Shown: in pieces, positions 1 to 11,663 of the stretch
Position numbering within the stretch: the stretch's first letter is position 1
How the letters are laid out: each line of letters begins with the position of its first letter
Source: Caldisericaceae bacterium
GTDB lineage: Bacteria; Caldisericota; Caldisericia; Caldisericales; Caldisericaceae
Length of the DNA: 64,000 nucleotides
Direction of reading: 5' to 3'
NCBI GenBank assembly: GCA_049967855.1
Contig: JBMFRX010000002.1
Location: 67,925 to 131,924, forward strand
Notes under the pieces: generated by a model
What the model was told of the DNA's origin: nothing
Databases searched by the model: none
Seen by the model: only the letters and a program-made list of their open reading frames with translations
Translations under genes and position numbers: made by a program

Positions 1-740
1 TTGAAATCTTTAAGTGAAGCAGTTCTTACAGTAATTCCATTTTTTTTCAAACGTTCTTCCAGAGAATCTCCGTTTACTGTGAATTCCTTTATTTTGTTTA
101 CGTATCCTATAACGCTTTTGTAATCAATTAAAAACGAATACCAATCATTTTCGCGCTCGCCAAACGAATCAAATATATCTTTATAATAAGGTGGATTGTA
201 AGGCTCCATAGGCATTGGCGTTAAATCAAAACCATCTATTAATAATCCTGCTTCTCCTGAGGCGTTGAATCTCATAGGTCCGATAATTTTCAGCGCATTG
301 TTTTCGCTCAGGTCCTTGATTGCGGCTTTTATAAGGGATTCTCCAACTTCTTTTGTCTCTGCCTCAAAAAGACTTATGATTCCAACCTTGCCTTCGAATT
401 TCTTCTCTTTGTAGTTTTTGTCTATTACTGAGGCTATTCTCCCTAAGGGCTTGCCGTCGTTTGCGTAAGCAATATAGTATTGTAGGAATTCAAGATGCTT
501 GAAAAAAGGGTTGGACCCTGGGAGATACTTTTTTATATGACCGTAATCTGGATTGAGATCCATCATCTCTTGAAGAACAATAGGAAAGACTTTCCTTGAT
601 TCAGGTTGCCTGTACCAGGAGATATGCCAGGGCACAGAAACAAACTTCTTTAGTTTGCTGTAAGAAATACTGAAAAGGGAGTTCCCATTATAAATAACTC
701 CATGAGGATTCTCAATTAACTTATCAATTCTGTAATCCAT
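1..740 (-). CDS. GNAT-family acyltransferase, YghO / bacterial ceramide synthase (bCerS)-like; partial, runs off the window's left edge
   Basis: Not in the ORF track; translated by hand from ATG at 740 with SD GGAGGT at 745-750. Reads MDYRIDKL...FVSVPWH...SNPFFKHLEFLQYYIAYANDGKPLGRIASVIDKNY...GIISLFEA...KIIGPMRFNASGEAGLLIDGFDLTPMPMEPYNPPYYKDIF. NPF, GRI, GP, GLLxxGF and YNPPYY motifs are typical of this family. Confidence 0.75.
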   Translation of the reverse strand, partial: MDYRIDKLIENPHGVIYNGNSLFSISYSKLKKFVSVPWHISWYRQPESRKVFPIVLQEMMDLNPDYGHIKKYLPGSNPFFKHLEFLQYYIAYANDGKPLGRIASVIDKNYKEKKFEGKVGIISLFEAETKEVGESLIKAAIKDLSENNALKIIGPMRFNASGEAGLLIDGFDLTPMPMEPYNPPYYKDIFDSFGERENDWYSFLIDYKSVIGYVNKIKEFTVNGDSLEERLKKNGITVRTASLKDF

Positions 741-918
741 GATTACCTCCATAACCAAAACTCGCTTTAGTCTATCATAATTTCAAATTTTCTCAAAAGG
801 CTTTGTAAGATTTTGGCAGCATTATTAGATACTGAGAATGGCTCCAGGTTTTTGATTTTGCTAATGTAGATAATTCGATAAAATATAATATGAGTATTTG
901 TGAATATAGGAGGGCATA

Positions 919-1347
919 ATGGGCGAAGTGAGAGACGAAGCAACTGGTTTGTTTAGCAGGGCCTTCTTTGATGCAGAACTGGAAAGATTGAGTAGAGCAA
1001 GAGGTGTTAATGTCGGCATAGTTGTTTGCGACGTTGAGCCGTCAGATAAAACTACTGAGAGCTTTAATGTAGAAGCTGAGTTCACGGGAATTCTTAAGAG
1101 TTCTTTCAGAGAGTCAGATGTTGTTGCAAAATTAAGCACTAACGAGTTTGGAGTTATTATTGAAGATGTGACCGAAGACACTGTCGTAAAAGCTACCGAA
1201 AGATTGCTTAAAAAGGTTGAATCCTATAACAGCAAAAATGTAGAACGAAAGATCAGTGTTTATGCAAATTGGTCTATGAGCGGGAATTTCTTTGGAGACG
1301 CAAGAAAAACCTTTGAAAAGTTGCACTCAAGCAGGAATAAGCATTGA
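919..1347 (+). CDS. Stand-alone degenerate GGDEF-domain protein (STNEF A-site, RESD I-site)
   Basis: RDEATGLFSRAFF, IVVCDV, FRESDVVAKLSTNEFGVII; SD AGGAGG upstream. Confidence 0.8.
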   Translation: MGEVRDEATGLFSRAFFDAELERLSRARGVNVGIVVCDVEPSDKTTESFNVEAEFTGILKSSFRESDVVAKLSTNEFGVIIEDVTEDTVVKATERLLKKVESYNSKNVERKISVYANWSMSGNFFGDARKTFEKLHSSRNKH

Positions 1348-1438
1348 CAAAGGTTGAATCCCATTTTAATATTAGCAAGAATCATATTTTTGAAATATTC
1401 GGGTTTCATAATGTGCAATGTGTGATGCAACATAATCT

Positions 1439-2503
1439 ATGAAAACGGGTTTTGTTGATTTACCTCTTCATAGAGGATCGGCTCCGCCCTGGCTTTTTAG
1501 CAGAATGAAGCTTCTTGCAAGGGAAATTATTCTATCTATCCTTATTAATTTTGACAGGGAAGAGTTATATTTGAGGCTTTCTGATCCAGTATGGTTTCAA
1601 TCGTTCGGCTGTGTACTCGGCTTTGATTGGCACAGTTCTGGGTTAACCACGGTAACTACAGGGGCAATCAAAGAAGGTCTAAGAGAAGAATCTAGCCATA
1701 TAGGCATTTTTTTTGCGGGAGGAAAAGGCAAAAGTTCCTTGAATACCCCGATGGATATAGAGAATTCTTTCGAGAAGGGATTCATCGGATATGATTATAA
1801 AGAAGAACTCAAAAAAACTTCGCGACTTGTTGCAAAAGTAGATTCAAATGCAGTCCAATCAGGTTATAAGCTTTATCATCACTTTATGATATACGACAAA
1901 GATAAAAACTGGGTAATTATTCAACAAGGAATGAAGGGTAACTCTGTTTATGCAAGAAGGTACCACTGGAGTTCTTACGGACTTGAGAGCTTTGTAAAAG
2001 ACCCACACAAAGGTGTCATAGCTTCTCGCAAAGAGTCACCTTTAAATTTAGTAGACTCTTCAATAGATTTTACAAGAAGTCAGATAGTGAATCTTGCGAA
2101 TGAAGATGCAAAGCTAGTTGCAAGAGAATTGAAAACAATCAAACTGCCGCAACATCATCCTCTCTTTCCATCAGATTTTAATGTGAATTACATTGAGAAG
2201 GTAATGAAGAAAGCTAATGAAGAAAACCCAAAGGACTTTGAGAAACTTCTCCTTGTAAGAGGCCTTGGGGAAAAGACTCTTCGTGCGCTCGCCCTGCTTG
2301 CAAATCTTACCTACGGAGGAGAGCTCTCGTTTAAAGATCCTGCAAATTTCTCTTTTGCCCATGGCGGTAAGGATGGCTATCCCTTCCCTGTTGAAAGAGA
2401 CACTTACGATAAGTCGATCGAGGTATTCAGGGTTGCTATCAACCATGCAAGGATTGGTGATTTAGAGAAATTCAATGCACTTAGGCGCCTTAAAGAATTA
2501 TGA
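1439..2503 (+). CDS. DUF763 family protein
   Basis: DLPLHRGSAPPWLF, DPVWFQSFGCVLGFDWHSSGLTT, ARRYHW, FSFAHGGKDGYPFPV. Confidence 0.85.
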   Translation: MKTGFVDLPLHRGSAPPWLFSRMKLLAREIILSILINFDREELYLRLSDPVWFQSFGCVLGFDWHSSGLTTVTTGAIKEGLREESSHIGIFFAGGKGKSSLNTPMDIENSFEKGFIGYDYKEELKKTSRLVAKVDSNAVQSGYKLYHHFMIYDKDKNWVIIQQGMKGNSVYARRYHWSSYGLESFVKDPHKGVIASRKESPLNLVDSSIDFTRSQIVNLANEDAKLVARELKTIKLPQHHPLFPSDFNVNYIEKVMKKANEENPKDFEKLLLVRGLGEKTLRALALLANLTYGGELSFKDPANFSFAHGGKDGYPFPVERDTYDKSIEVFRVAINHARIGDLEKFNALRRLKEL

Positions 2504-3090
2504 AATTCAGGACTGTAAATGCGCCGATTACTGTTAGAAAGAATATTAAAAAATCTATCTTTATTGGTTCTTTGAGTCCAGCTGAAGATGTTTTCAGTGC
2601 GAAGAATTTTATTGAGGAAATAAAGTCTGCCTATAGAAATGCAAACCACAATGCATACTGTTTCAGGGTGGGAGTAAAGAGCGAGCAAGTTTTTTATTCA
2701 GATGACGGTGAGCCATCAAGGACTGCAGGCCTTCCAATTTTTAATGCTATACGCTCTGCAGATTTGACGAACGTGGTTATGGTAGTATCTCGCTTTTTTG
2801 GTGGAATAAAGCTCGGAGTTCCAGGACTTATTGAAGCCTACGGCGAAACCTCAAGATTTGCGATAGAAAATGCTGAAATAGTTGAAGAGACAGTCAAGGT
2901 AACTTTCCAACTTTCCTTTGCGTACAACGAACTTCAGTTTGTAAATTATGCAATTGGCAAGTTCTCAGGGGAGGTAATTCAAAAGCAATTTGGCGAAAAT
3001 ATTGAGTTTACAGTGCGAACCTGTGAGGAGATTTCAAATGATTTCAAGGAATTTCTATTGCAATACGGGCATTATGTTACCATAAAATAG
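2500..3090 (+). CDS. yigZ: YigZ/IMPACT family protein
   Basis: IKKSIFIG, ANHNAYCF, SDDGEPSRTAG, VSRFFGGIKLGVPGLIEAY; ATGA overlap with the upstream stop. Confidence 0.9.
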   Translation: MKFRTVNAPITVRKNIKKSIFIGSLSPAEDVFSAKNFIEEIKSAYRNANHNAYCFRVGVKSEQVFYSDDGEPSRTAGLPIFNAIRSADLTNVVMVVSRFFGGIKLGVPGLIEAYGETSRFAIENAEIVEETVKVTFQLSFAYNELQFVNYAIGKFSGEVIQKQFGENIEFTVRTCEEISNDFKEFLLQYGHYVTIK

Positions 3091-3170
3091 AAAACTTTGC
3101 GTAAGTTTTGCATTAGTATTATAATAAAGTTGTTCAAGTTTATTGTATATGTGTTTTTTGGAGGTATTCG

Positions 3171-3386
3171 ATGAGTGACTTTAAAACAAATGCAGATGAA
3201 ATAGTTGGAAGCATTGGTGATGTTATTCAGGAAATTACAAAGGATAATGATGGCAGAGTTCGTATGAGAGGTACTACGTGGGAGGCTTTTACTGACGAGG
3301 ATACGCCGATAAGAGTTGGCGAGAAAGTAATTGTTATTTCTATCAGTGGAAATAGGTTGAAAGTCAAAAGAAAGGAGGCAAGATAG
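3171..3386 (+). CDS. Short NfeD-like OB-fold protein, partner of the stomatin gene
   Basis: GRVRMRGTTWEA...GEKVIVISISGNRLKV; SD GGAGGT; immediately upstream of an SPFH gene. Confidence 0.75.
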   Translation: MSDFKTNADEIVGSIGDVIQEITKDNDGRVRMRGTTWEAFTDEDTPIRVGEKVIVISISGNRLKVKRKEAR

Positions 3387-3387
3387 T

Positions 3388-4350
3388 ATGTTAGGCACTA
3401 TTTTTACAGTAATTATTATCATTGTTCTTTTAGTTATTCTTATCAAAGCAATTGTTATTGTGAGACAAGGTAGCAATTCAATTGTTGAGAGGCTCGGTAA
3501 ATTTGCAAGAGTGTTGAAGCCTGGACTGCACTTTGTTATTCCAATAATTGAGTCTGTTAGAAGCGTTGTCGATATGAGAGAACAGGTGTGGGATTATCCA
3601 CCACAAAGCGTAATTACAAAGGATAATGTTCCAACAAATATAGACACTGTTATGTATTACTATATACTTGATCCTGTAAAGTCTGTCTACGAAGTGAGAA
3701 ACCTTAATGAGGGCATCTTGAAGCTTACAATGACAGCTTTGAGAAACATAGTAGGAAGCCTCACCCTTGATGAATTACTTACAAGCAGAGAACAGATTAA
3801 CGAGAAGCTCAGGATTATTGTTGATGAGGCAACTGACCCCTGGGGAGTAAAAGTAACAAGAGTCGAGGTAAAAACAATCGCACCCCCGGAGGAAATTCTT
3901 GAAGCAATGACTAAGCAGATGAAAGCTGAGAGGACAAAGAGAGCTTTAATTCTTGAGGCAGAGGGAATTAAAGAGTCAGAGATAAGGAAGGCAGAAGGAG
4001 AACAACAGGCTACTATACTTCGTTCAGAGGCACAAAAACAGCAGGAAGTTCTTCTTGCCGAAGGTAAAGCCCTCGCTGTGTTAAATGTTGCAAAAGCGCA
4101 AGCCGAAGCTGTCAAGGTTTATTATAGTGCTATTCATGAGGGTAATCCAACTAAAGACCTCATTGCCATAAAATATCTTGAAGCTCTTGAAAAGATTTCT
4201 GAAAACCCGTCAAACAAAATCTATATACCATATGAATCGTCAGCATTAATGGGTTCTATTGGTGTTATAAAAGAACTCTTTTCCTCCCAAAAGCCTGAAG
4301 AGCCATACTCAGAAGAGTCGGACAAGAATAAAATTCAACCTAAAAAATAA
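3388..4350 (+). CDS. SPFH/band-7 (stomatin, QmcA-like) membrane protein
   Basis: N-terminal TM helix, IVERLGKF, PPQSVITKDN, LTSREQIN, WGVKVTRVE, AMTKQMKAER. Confidence 0.92.
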   Translation: MLGTIFTVIIIIVLLVILIKAIVIVRQGSNSIVERLGKFARVLKPGLHFVIPIIESVRSVVDMREQVWDYPPQSVITKDNVPTNIDTVMYYYILDPVKSVYEVRNLNEGILKLTMTALRNIVGSLTLDELLTSREQINEKLRIIVDEATDPWGVKVTRVEVKTIAPPEEILEAMTKQMKAERTKRALILEAEGIKESEIRKAEGEQQATILRSEAQKQQEVLLAEGKALAVLNVAKAQAEAVKVYYSAIHEGNPTKDLIAIKYLEALEKISENPSNKIYIPYESSALMGSIGVIKELFSSQKPEEPYSEESDKNKIQPKK

Positions 4351-4359
4351 ATGTTTTCA

Positions 4360-4393
4360 AAAGGCCTACTCCTTTGCGTAAGAAGCAGGCCTT
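4360..4393 (+). terminator. Probable terminator hairpin after the SPFH gene
   Basis: AAGGCCT...AGGCCTT inverted repeat about 10 nt after the stop. Confidence 0.45.
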
Positions 4394-4402
4394 ATTGTAC
4401 GT

Positions 4403-4430
4403 TTGACTGGATGGAATAATTCGTTAAAAT
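4403..4430 (+). promoter_or_regulatory. Sigma70-type promoter, probably giving a leaderless transcript
   Basis: TTGACT (4403-4408), 16 nt, TAAAAT (4425-4430), then 7 nt to the ATG at 4438. Confidence 0.6.
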
Positions 4431-4437
4431 AGTAGGT

Positions 4438-5589
4438 ATGAAAAAGAAAAATATAGTTCTTAAAAAGAGTTTTTGGACAAAGAGAAATATAATTTTGTTA
4501 GCATGTATAATTCTGTTGGTTGCGTTAGGTTCTTTGTTTGCGGTGCACTACTTAGAGGTTTCAAACTCTATGCTTTCGAGCCACTTGATTTATACATTGC
4601 AGAACAATGTAGTTAAGAGTATAGCTGTTTCTGAAAACCTGTTGATTGGCACTGACAAAGGAGATATAGTTCTTATGTCTCCAACAGGAAAGATTGTATG
4701 GAGGCAGTCTGTAAAATCAACGGTTTATACTTTAGATTGTAGCCCTGATTCTAATTATGTTATTGCAGGTGGAACATCTTTTCATCTTTATGATATCAAC
4801 GGAAAGGAACTCTTCGACAAAGGTATTGCAAATTATATACCCTACAAATCCAGATTTATTGACAACAAGACTATTGCCCTGTTATATCAGTCTTTATCTG
4901 ATTTGTCTTTCTCTTGCTTAACGGTCGACTATACTGGCAAGACCATTAATTCTCAGAAGATAAACGACCTTGGCGAGACGGCATCTTTGGATTTATCACA
5001 GGATGGGTCGGTTCTGTTTGCTGGAGAGAGAGGAGAGGTTTACAGGATTGCAAATGGAAAGCTTGTGAGTGATGCTATTATAGACAAAAAACTTTCTACT
5101 GTTCATCAAATATTTGGTTTCTACCTGAACAACAACACAGTAGTAGTTGGGTACGAAATCTCAAGTAGTACTGATTCTAGCAACGTACCTGTTTACTTCT
5201 ATGATAATAACCTGAAGCTTGTTAAGTCGATTGATGTGCCTGGTAACATCAACAACTTCTCAATTGACAACGGAAACGTTATTTTTGCAACCGACGGAGG
5301 ATTTTTCACTTATTCTCAGAATGGAACTTTGCAGGGGCAAAAGACACAGTCAGACTTGATAGGACTGGAATTTGGTCAAAATCCCGAATACGATATGTAT
5401 GTGTATGAGAAAAAACCAGTTCAGGAGAAGGATAAACCTGTCATAAATGTTCTGCTTACTGATAAAAATGGTAACTTAAAGGGCTCTTACCTGTATACGT
5501 TTGATACAACTCCTGGAATTACTCTTTCTGCAAATGGGAAAATAATTTTTGTAACCGAGAGGAATAAAGTAAGCATATTGACAAAATAG
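4438..5589 (+). CDS. Membrane-anchored beta-propeller-like hypothetical protein
   Basis: Basic N-terminus plus one TM helix; beta-rich repeats (GKIVWRQ, LDCSPDSNYVIAG, LDLSQDGSVLFAG). Confidence 0.6.
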   Translation: MKKKNIVLKKSFWTKRNIILLACIILLVALGSLFAVHYLEVSNSMLSSHLIYTLQNNVVKSIAVSENLLIGTDKGDIVLMSPTGKIVWRQSVKSTVYTLDCSPDSNYVIAGGTSFHLYDINGKELFDKGIANYIPYKSRFIDNKTIALLYQSLSDLSFSCLTVDYTGKTINSQKINDLGETASLDLSQDGSVLFAGERGEVYRIANGKLVSDAIIDKKLSTVHQIFGFYLNNNTVVVGYEISSSTDSSNVPVYFYDNNLKLVKSIDVPGNINNFSIDNGNVIFATDGGFFTYSQNGTLQGQKTQSDLIGLEFGQNPEYDMYVYEKKPVQEKDKPVINVLLTDKNGNLKGSYLYTFDTTPGITLSANGKIIFVTERNKVSILTK

Positions 5590-5601
5590 TATTATGGTTG
5601 A

Positions 5602-7641
<2,040 letters not shown>

Positions 7642-7688
7642 AGGAAAAAATACTCACCAGTTTTAAGACTTAGAAGGAGGAAACTAAA

Positions 7689-7964
7689 ATGATTGATTTG
7701 GACAAAATCGAAGCACTTGCATCCCTAAAACTTAGTGGAAGTGAGAGGGAGAACATACTCAAAGACCTTGACGAAATAATTGATTATTTCAAGGTTTTGA
7801 ATGAAGTTGACACCGATGGCATTGAACCTCTTGTGTATACGAAAGGAGTAAAACTTTTTTTGCGCAAAGACCAAGTTAAAGAGGCAATCAATGTAAAAGA
7901 GCTTGAAAAGAATAGAAGGCTTTTTGGAGACAACTTCTTCAAAGTAAGACGTATTATACAATAG
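7689..7964 (+). CDS. gatC: Asp/Glu-tRNA amidotransferase subunit C
   Basis: IEALASLKLS...LNEVDTDGIEP...FFKV; precedes gatA and gatB. Confidence 0.85.
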   Translation: MIDLDKIEALASLKLSGSERENILKDLDEIIDYFKVLNEVDTDGIEPLVYTKGVKLFLRKDQVKEAINVKELEKNRRLFGDNFFKVRRIIQ

Positions 7965-7990
7965 TGGAACGAATATACTAAAGGATAGCG

Positions 7991-9415
7991 GTGAATTACA
8001 TGGATTTAGATAGATTATCAATAAGTGAGATTGCAAATAATATAAAAAGTGGAGATTTGAGTGCAACAGAGATTGTTCAGTTCTATCTTGATAGAATTGC
8101 CTCAAAAGACTCATCAATAAGCTCTTTTCTTTATGTGGACTATGAAGGAGCACTCAAGCGTGCACAGGAAATTGATAACCAAACGCAGAAAGAAGGAAAA
8201 CTCCTCGGTGTACCCGTTGGCATAAAGGATAATATGAATGTTATTGGGCTTGAGGCAACCGCTGGCTCGAGAATTCTAAAAGGATACAAAGCTCTTTATG
8301 ATGCAACGGTTATAAGCAAAATAAAATCTGAAGGTGGAATTATAATAGGGAAAACAAATCTCGACGAATTCGCAATGGGCTCCTCCACAGAGAATTCTGC
8401 TTTTATGTCAACAAAAAATCCACTGGATGTTTCGTATGTCCCAGGAGGATCTTCCGGTGGTTCTGCTGCAGCTGTTGCGGCTGGTTTTGTCCCAGTTGCC
8501 CTTGGCTCTGATACTGGTGGCTCTGTCAGACAGCCTGCGGCTTTTTGCGGAGTTGTTGGCTTAAAACCGACCTACGGAAGAGTATCAAGATATGGGCTTA
8601 TTGCTTTTGGCTCTTCCCTTGATGTTATTGGGCCTCTTACCAGGACTGTTAAGGATTCTGCCTTAATGCTCAGCGTAATTGCTGGCTTTGATAAAAATGA
8701 TGAAACAACAGTCAATACTGGCATTGGAGATTACACTTCTCACATCAGTGAGGGTGTCAAAGGGATGAAAATTGGCTTGATTAAAGAGATAATGGACTTC
8801 AAAATTGATAGTAGTGTAGTAGAATCTCTGAAAGAAGCGTGTAGAAAGCTTGAAACACTTGGCGCACAAATTGTTGAGATCTCAATTCCGCACCTTAAGT
8901 ATGCACTGCCGACTTATTATATCGTTGCTCCTTCTGAGGCTTCAGCAAATCTTGCAAGGTTTGATGGAGTGCGGTACGGTTTTGAGGGAGAAGGGGATAG
9001 CATCAAAGATTTCTACGAAAATACACGTACAAGAGGTTTTGGAACAGAAGTCAAACGAAGGATTTTAATCGGAACTTTTGCACTTTCTTCTGGGTTCTAT
9101 GACGCATATTACCTCAAGGCAGCGAAAGTAAGACGAGTCATAAATAACGATTTTGAACGTGCTTTTGAGAAAGTGTCAACGATTATTCTACCTACAACTC
9201 CAACAACTCCTTTCAAGTTCGGCGAAAAGAAAAGCCCTCTTGATATGTATATGAGCGATATCTTTACCATCCCTGTTAACTTAGCTGGTGTTCCTGCAAT
9301 ATCAGTTCCTTTTGGAAAGGATGACAAAGGGTTCTCAATAGGCATACAGCTTATTGGAAAGTGGTTTGATGAAGAAACTCTTCTCAGAGTTGGCTTTGCG
9401 CTCGAGAATCTTTAG
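7991..9415 (+). CDS. gatA: Asp/Glu-tRNA amidotransferase subunit A
   Basis: GKTNLDEFAMGSSTENS, PGGSSGGSAAAV, GSDTGGSVRQPA, NLARFDGVRYG. Confidence 0.97.
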   Translation: MNYMDLDRLSISEIANNIKSGDLSATEIVQFYLDRIASKDSSISSFLYVDYEGALKRAQEIDNQTQKEGKLLGVPVGIKDNMNVIGLEATAGSRILKGYKALYDATVISKIKSEGGIIIGKTNLDEFAMGSSTENSAFMSTKNPLDVSYVPGGSSGGSAAAVAAGFVPVALGSDTGGSVRQPAAFCGVVGLKPTYGRVSRYGLIAFGSSLDVIGPLTRTVKDSALMLSVIAGFDKNDETTVNTGIGDYTSHISEGVKGMKIGLIKEIMDFKIDSSVVESLKEACRKLETLGAQIVEISIPHLKYALPTYYIVAPSEASANLARFDGVRYGFEGEGDSIKDFYENTRTRGFGTEVKRRILIGTFALSSGFYDAYYLKAAKVRRVINNDFERAFEKVSTIILPTTPTTPFKFGEKKSPLDMYMSDIFTIPVNLAGVPAISVPFGKDDKGFSIGIQLIGKWFDEETLLRVGFALENL

Positions 9416-9424
9416 GAGGTAAAA

Positions 9425-10882
9425 GTGGATAATTCTTCGATAAATGTACGACCAACAATTGGTCTTGAAATACATGTCCAACTTGCAACAAAGTCAAAAA
9501 TATTCTGTGGATGCTCGACAGAATTTGCTAAAGAACCAAATACTCAGGTTTGCCCTGTTTGCCTTGGACTTCCTGGAGCGCTACCCGTTCTGAATGAACA
9601 GGTTGTTGAATATGGGGCAAAACTTGCTCTTGCACTTAATATGACTGTTAACAAATTTTCGACATTTTACAGAAAGAATTACTTTTACCCAGACCTTCCA
9701 AAGGGTTACCAGATTACTCAGTATGCAATACCTATCGGTTCTGAAGGTTTCCTTGAGGTGCCAGGTTCTCCTGAGAAGAAGAGAGTAAGGATTTTAAGAG
9801 GGCACATTGAGGAAGATTCAGGTAAATCAATACATGCAGCAGATATAACTGAATCAGAGTTTTCTTACATTGACTTTAATCGTTCCGGTGTGCCACTTAT
9901 GGAAATTGTTACATATCCAGACATAGAGACAGGTGATCAGGCTTATGAATTTCTAGTGCTTTTGAGAAGTATAGTTCGCTACATTGGAGTTTCAAGCGGT
10001 GATATGGAAAAGGGCGCAATGCGTTGTGATGTGAATGTTTCTGTCTCTGAAACCGAAAAGATGGGTACAAAGGTAGAGATAAAAAACCTCAACTCCTTCA
10101 AAAGCGTAAAAAGGGCACTTGAATATGAAATTGCACGACAGACGGAATTGCTGAAGAAGGGAGATAGAGTAATTCAGGAAACCAGGCACTTTGATGAGCA
10201 TGACGGTACTACAAAACCTATGCGTACCAAGGAAGAACTCAATGACTACAGATATTTTCCAGAGCCTGACCTTCCCCCACTTTCCTTGAGCGATGAATTT
10301 ATTGAGAAAGTAAAACAACAGATTCCTGAGCTTCCTTATGTTAAAGAAAAACGTTTCGTGGAAGTTTTCGGAGTCCAGGAGGATTATGCTAGAGCAATTG
10401 CCTATTCTCAAAGGCTTTCAAATTACTTTGAGGAGGTTGTTAATTTTGCTGGTCACCCAAAAGAAGTTTCAAATCTGCTAATGGTTAATGTAGTTGGGTT
10501 TATGAATGACAAAGGTATAGGTTTGGATGACATTAGCTTCGAAAAGAGCAAGTTTAAGGAATTGCTTGAGTTTGTTGATAATAAAGTCATATCTTATAAC
10601 ATTGCAAAAGAAGTCCTAAATGAATCTATGTTGACAGGGAAAACGCCCAAAGATATCATTCAAGAGAAAGGACTCGCTCAAATAACCGACGATGATTCTA
10701 TAAGAGCATCTGTGCTTGAAGTGATCAGCGAAAACCCAACTCCTGTAAGCCAATATGTTTCAGGCAAGAAGCAGGTTTATGGTTTCCTAGTAGGTGCCGT
10801 AATGAAAAAAACGAAAGGTAAGGCAAATCCAGAAATATTGAATATTATTCTTAAAGAGGAATTGGAAAAATTGACTCGATAA
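9425..10882 (+). CDS. gatB: Asp/Glu-tRNA amidotransferase subunit B
   Basis: IGLEIHVQL, RKNYFYPDLPKGYQITQ, MRCDVNVS, DYRYFPEPDL. Confidence 0.97.
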   Translation: MDNSSINVRPTIGLEIHVQLATKSKIFCGCSTEFAKEPNTQVCPVCLGLPGALPVLNEQVVEYGAKLALALNMTVNKFSTFYRKNYFYPDLPKGYQITQYAIPIGSEGFLEVPGSPEKKRVRILRGHIEEDSGKSIHAADITESEFSYIDFNRSGVPLMEIVTYPDIETGDQAYEFLVLLRSIVRYIGVSSGDMEKGAMRCDVNVSVSETEKMGTKVEIKNLNSFKSVKRALEYEIARQTELLKKGDRVIQETRHFDEHDGTTKPMRTKEELNDYRYFPEPDLPPLSLSDEFIEKVKQQIPELPYVKEKRFVEVFGVQEDYARAIAYSQRLSNYFEEVVNFAGHPKEVSNLLMVNVVGFMNDKGIGLDDISFEKSKFKELLEFVDNKVISYNIAKEVLNESMLTGKTPKDIIQEKGLAQITDDDSIRASVLEVISENPTPVSQYVSGKKQVYGFLVGAVMKKTKGKANPEILNIILKEELEKLTR

Positions 10883-10930
10883 TCGCAATATTGTTTTTAG
10901 CATTTATTAGGTTTTTTCTTGAGTATACGT

Positions 10931-10963
10931 ATTCATATTTATTTCACAATTTAGATATAATAT
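10931..10963 (+). promoter_or_regulatory. Direct-repeat OmpR/CssR-like operator plus -10 box upstream of DUF996-lemA-htpX
   Basis: ATTCATA-TTTA-TTTCACA-ATTTAGATA-TAATAT (a TATAAT overlaps at 10956-10961); same layout as three other promoters in the window. Confidence 0.5.
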
Positions 10964-10999
10964 TAGGAAGAGTTAAATATAGATTAGGAGGTAATTTAT

Positions 11000-11641
11000 A
11001 TGGAAATTAGAAATGCGAAACTAATGGGGGGTATTGGCGCGATTCTCACCGTCCTTGCTTTTATCCCGGAAGTTGGATGGCTTTTTGCGATAACAGGCCT
11101 TGTGCTTGTGTTGTTGTCTATTAAGGAGCTTTCTCTCGCCGTGAATAACAAAAAGATTTTTGATAACTATCTCGTTGCTTTTATCCTGAATATTGTTGGT
11201 TCTATTGTCGCGGTCGTAGCAGGTGTTGCAACGTTCTTAGGCGTATTTGGGCTCAGAGGACATTCTGGAGTTGCTATGCGTGGTAATATGATCAACGGAG
11301 AAAGATTCTTCGGTAATTTCAGCGGAGGATTTTTTGGGGCTGGTATTATCGCTATTATAATTGTTGCTCTTGCTGCTCTTGCCGTTGTAATAATCGCAAG
11401 CTATTTTACAAAACTCAGTTTTGAGGGTATTTCAAAGGGAACAAATGTTGAATACTTCAAAACTTCAGGAATGTTAATTTTCATAGGTTCAATACTTCTT
11501 GTTGTTTTTGGAGTAGGGGCAATTGTCATGTTTGTAGGTTTAATACTGGAGATAGTTGGCTTCTTCTCTCTTCCTGATAAGCTTGAGAGACCAATTACCG
11601 ATAATAATTTGCCGTCAGGTTCTGCAAGCGTAAGTCAATAA
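11000..11641 (+). CDS. DUF996 family membrane protein
   Basis: [42 protein letters not shown]; multiple TM segments. Confidence 0.8.
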   Translation: MEIRNAKLMGGIGAILTVLAFIPEVGWLFAITGLVLVLLSIKELSLAVNNKKIFDNYLVAFILNIVGSIVAVVAGVATFLGVFGLRGHSGVAMRGNMINGERFFGNFSGGFFGAGIIAIIIVALAALAVVIIASYFTKLSFEGISKGTNVEYFKTSGMLIFIGSILLVVFGVGAIVMFVGLILEIVGFFSLPDKLERPITDNNLPSGSASVSQ

Positions 11642-11663
11642 AAAATTTAAAAGGAGGCACAAA

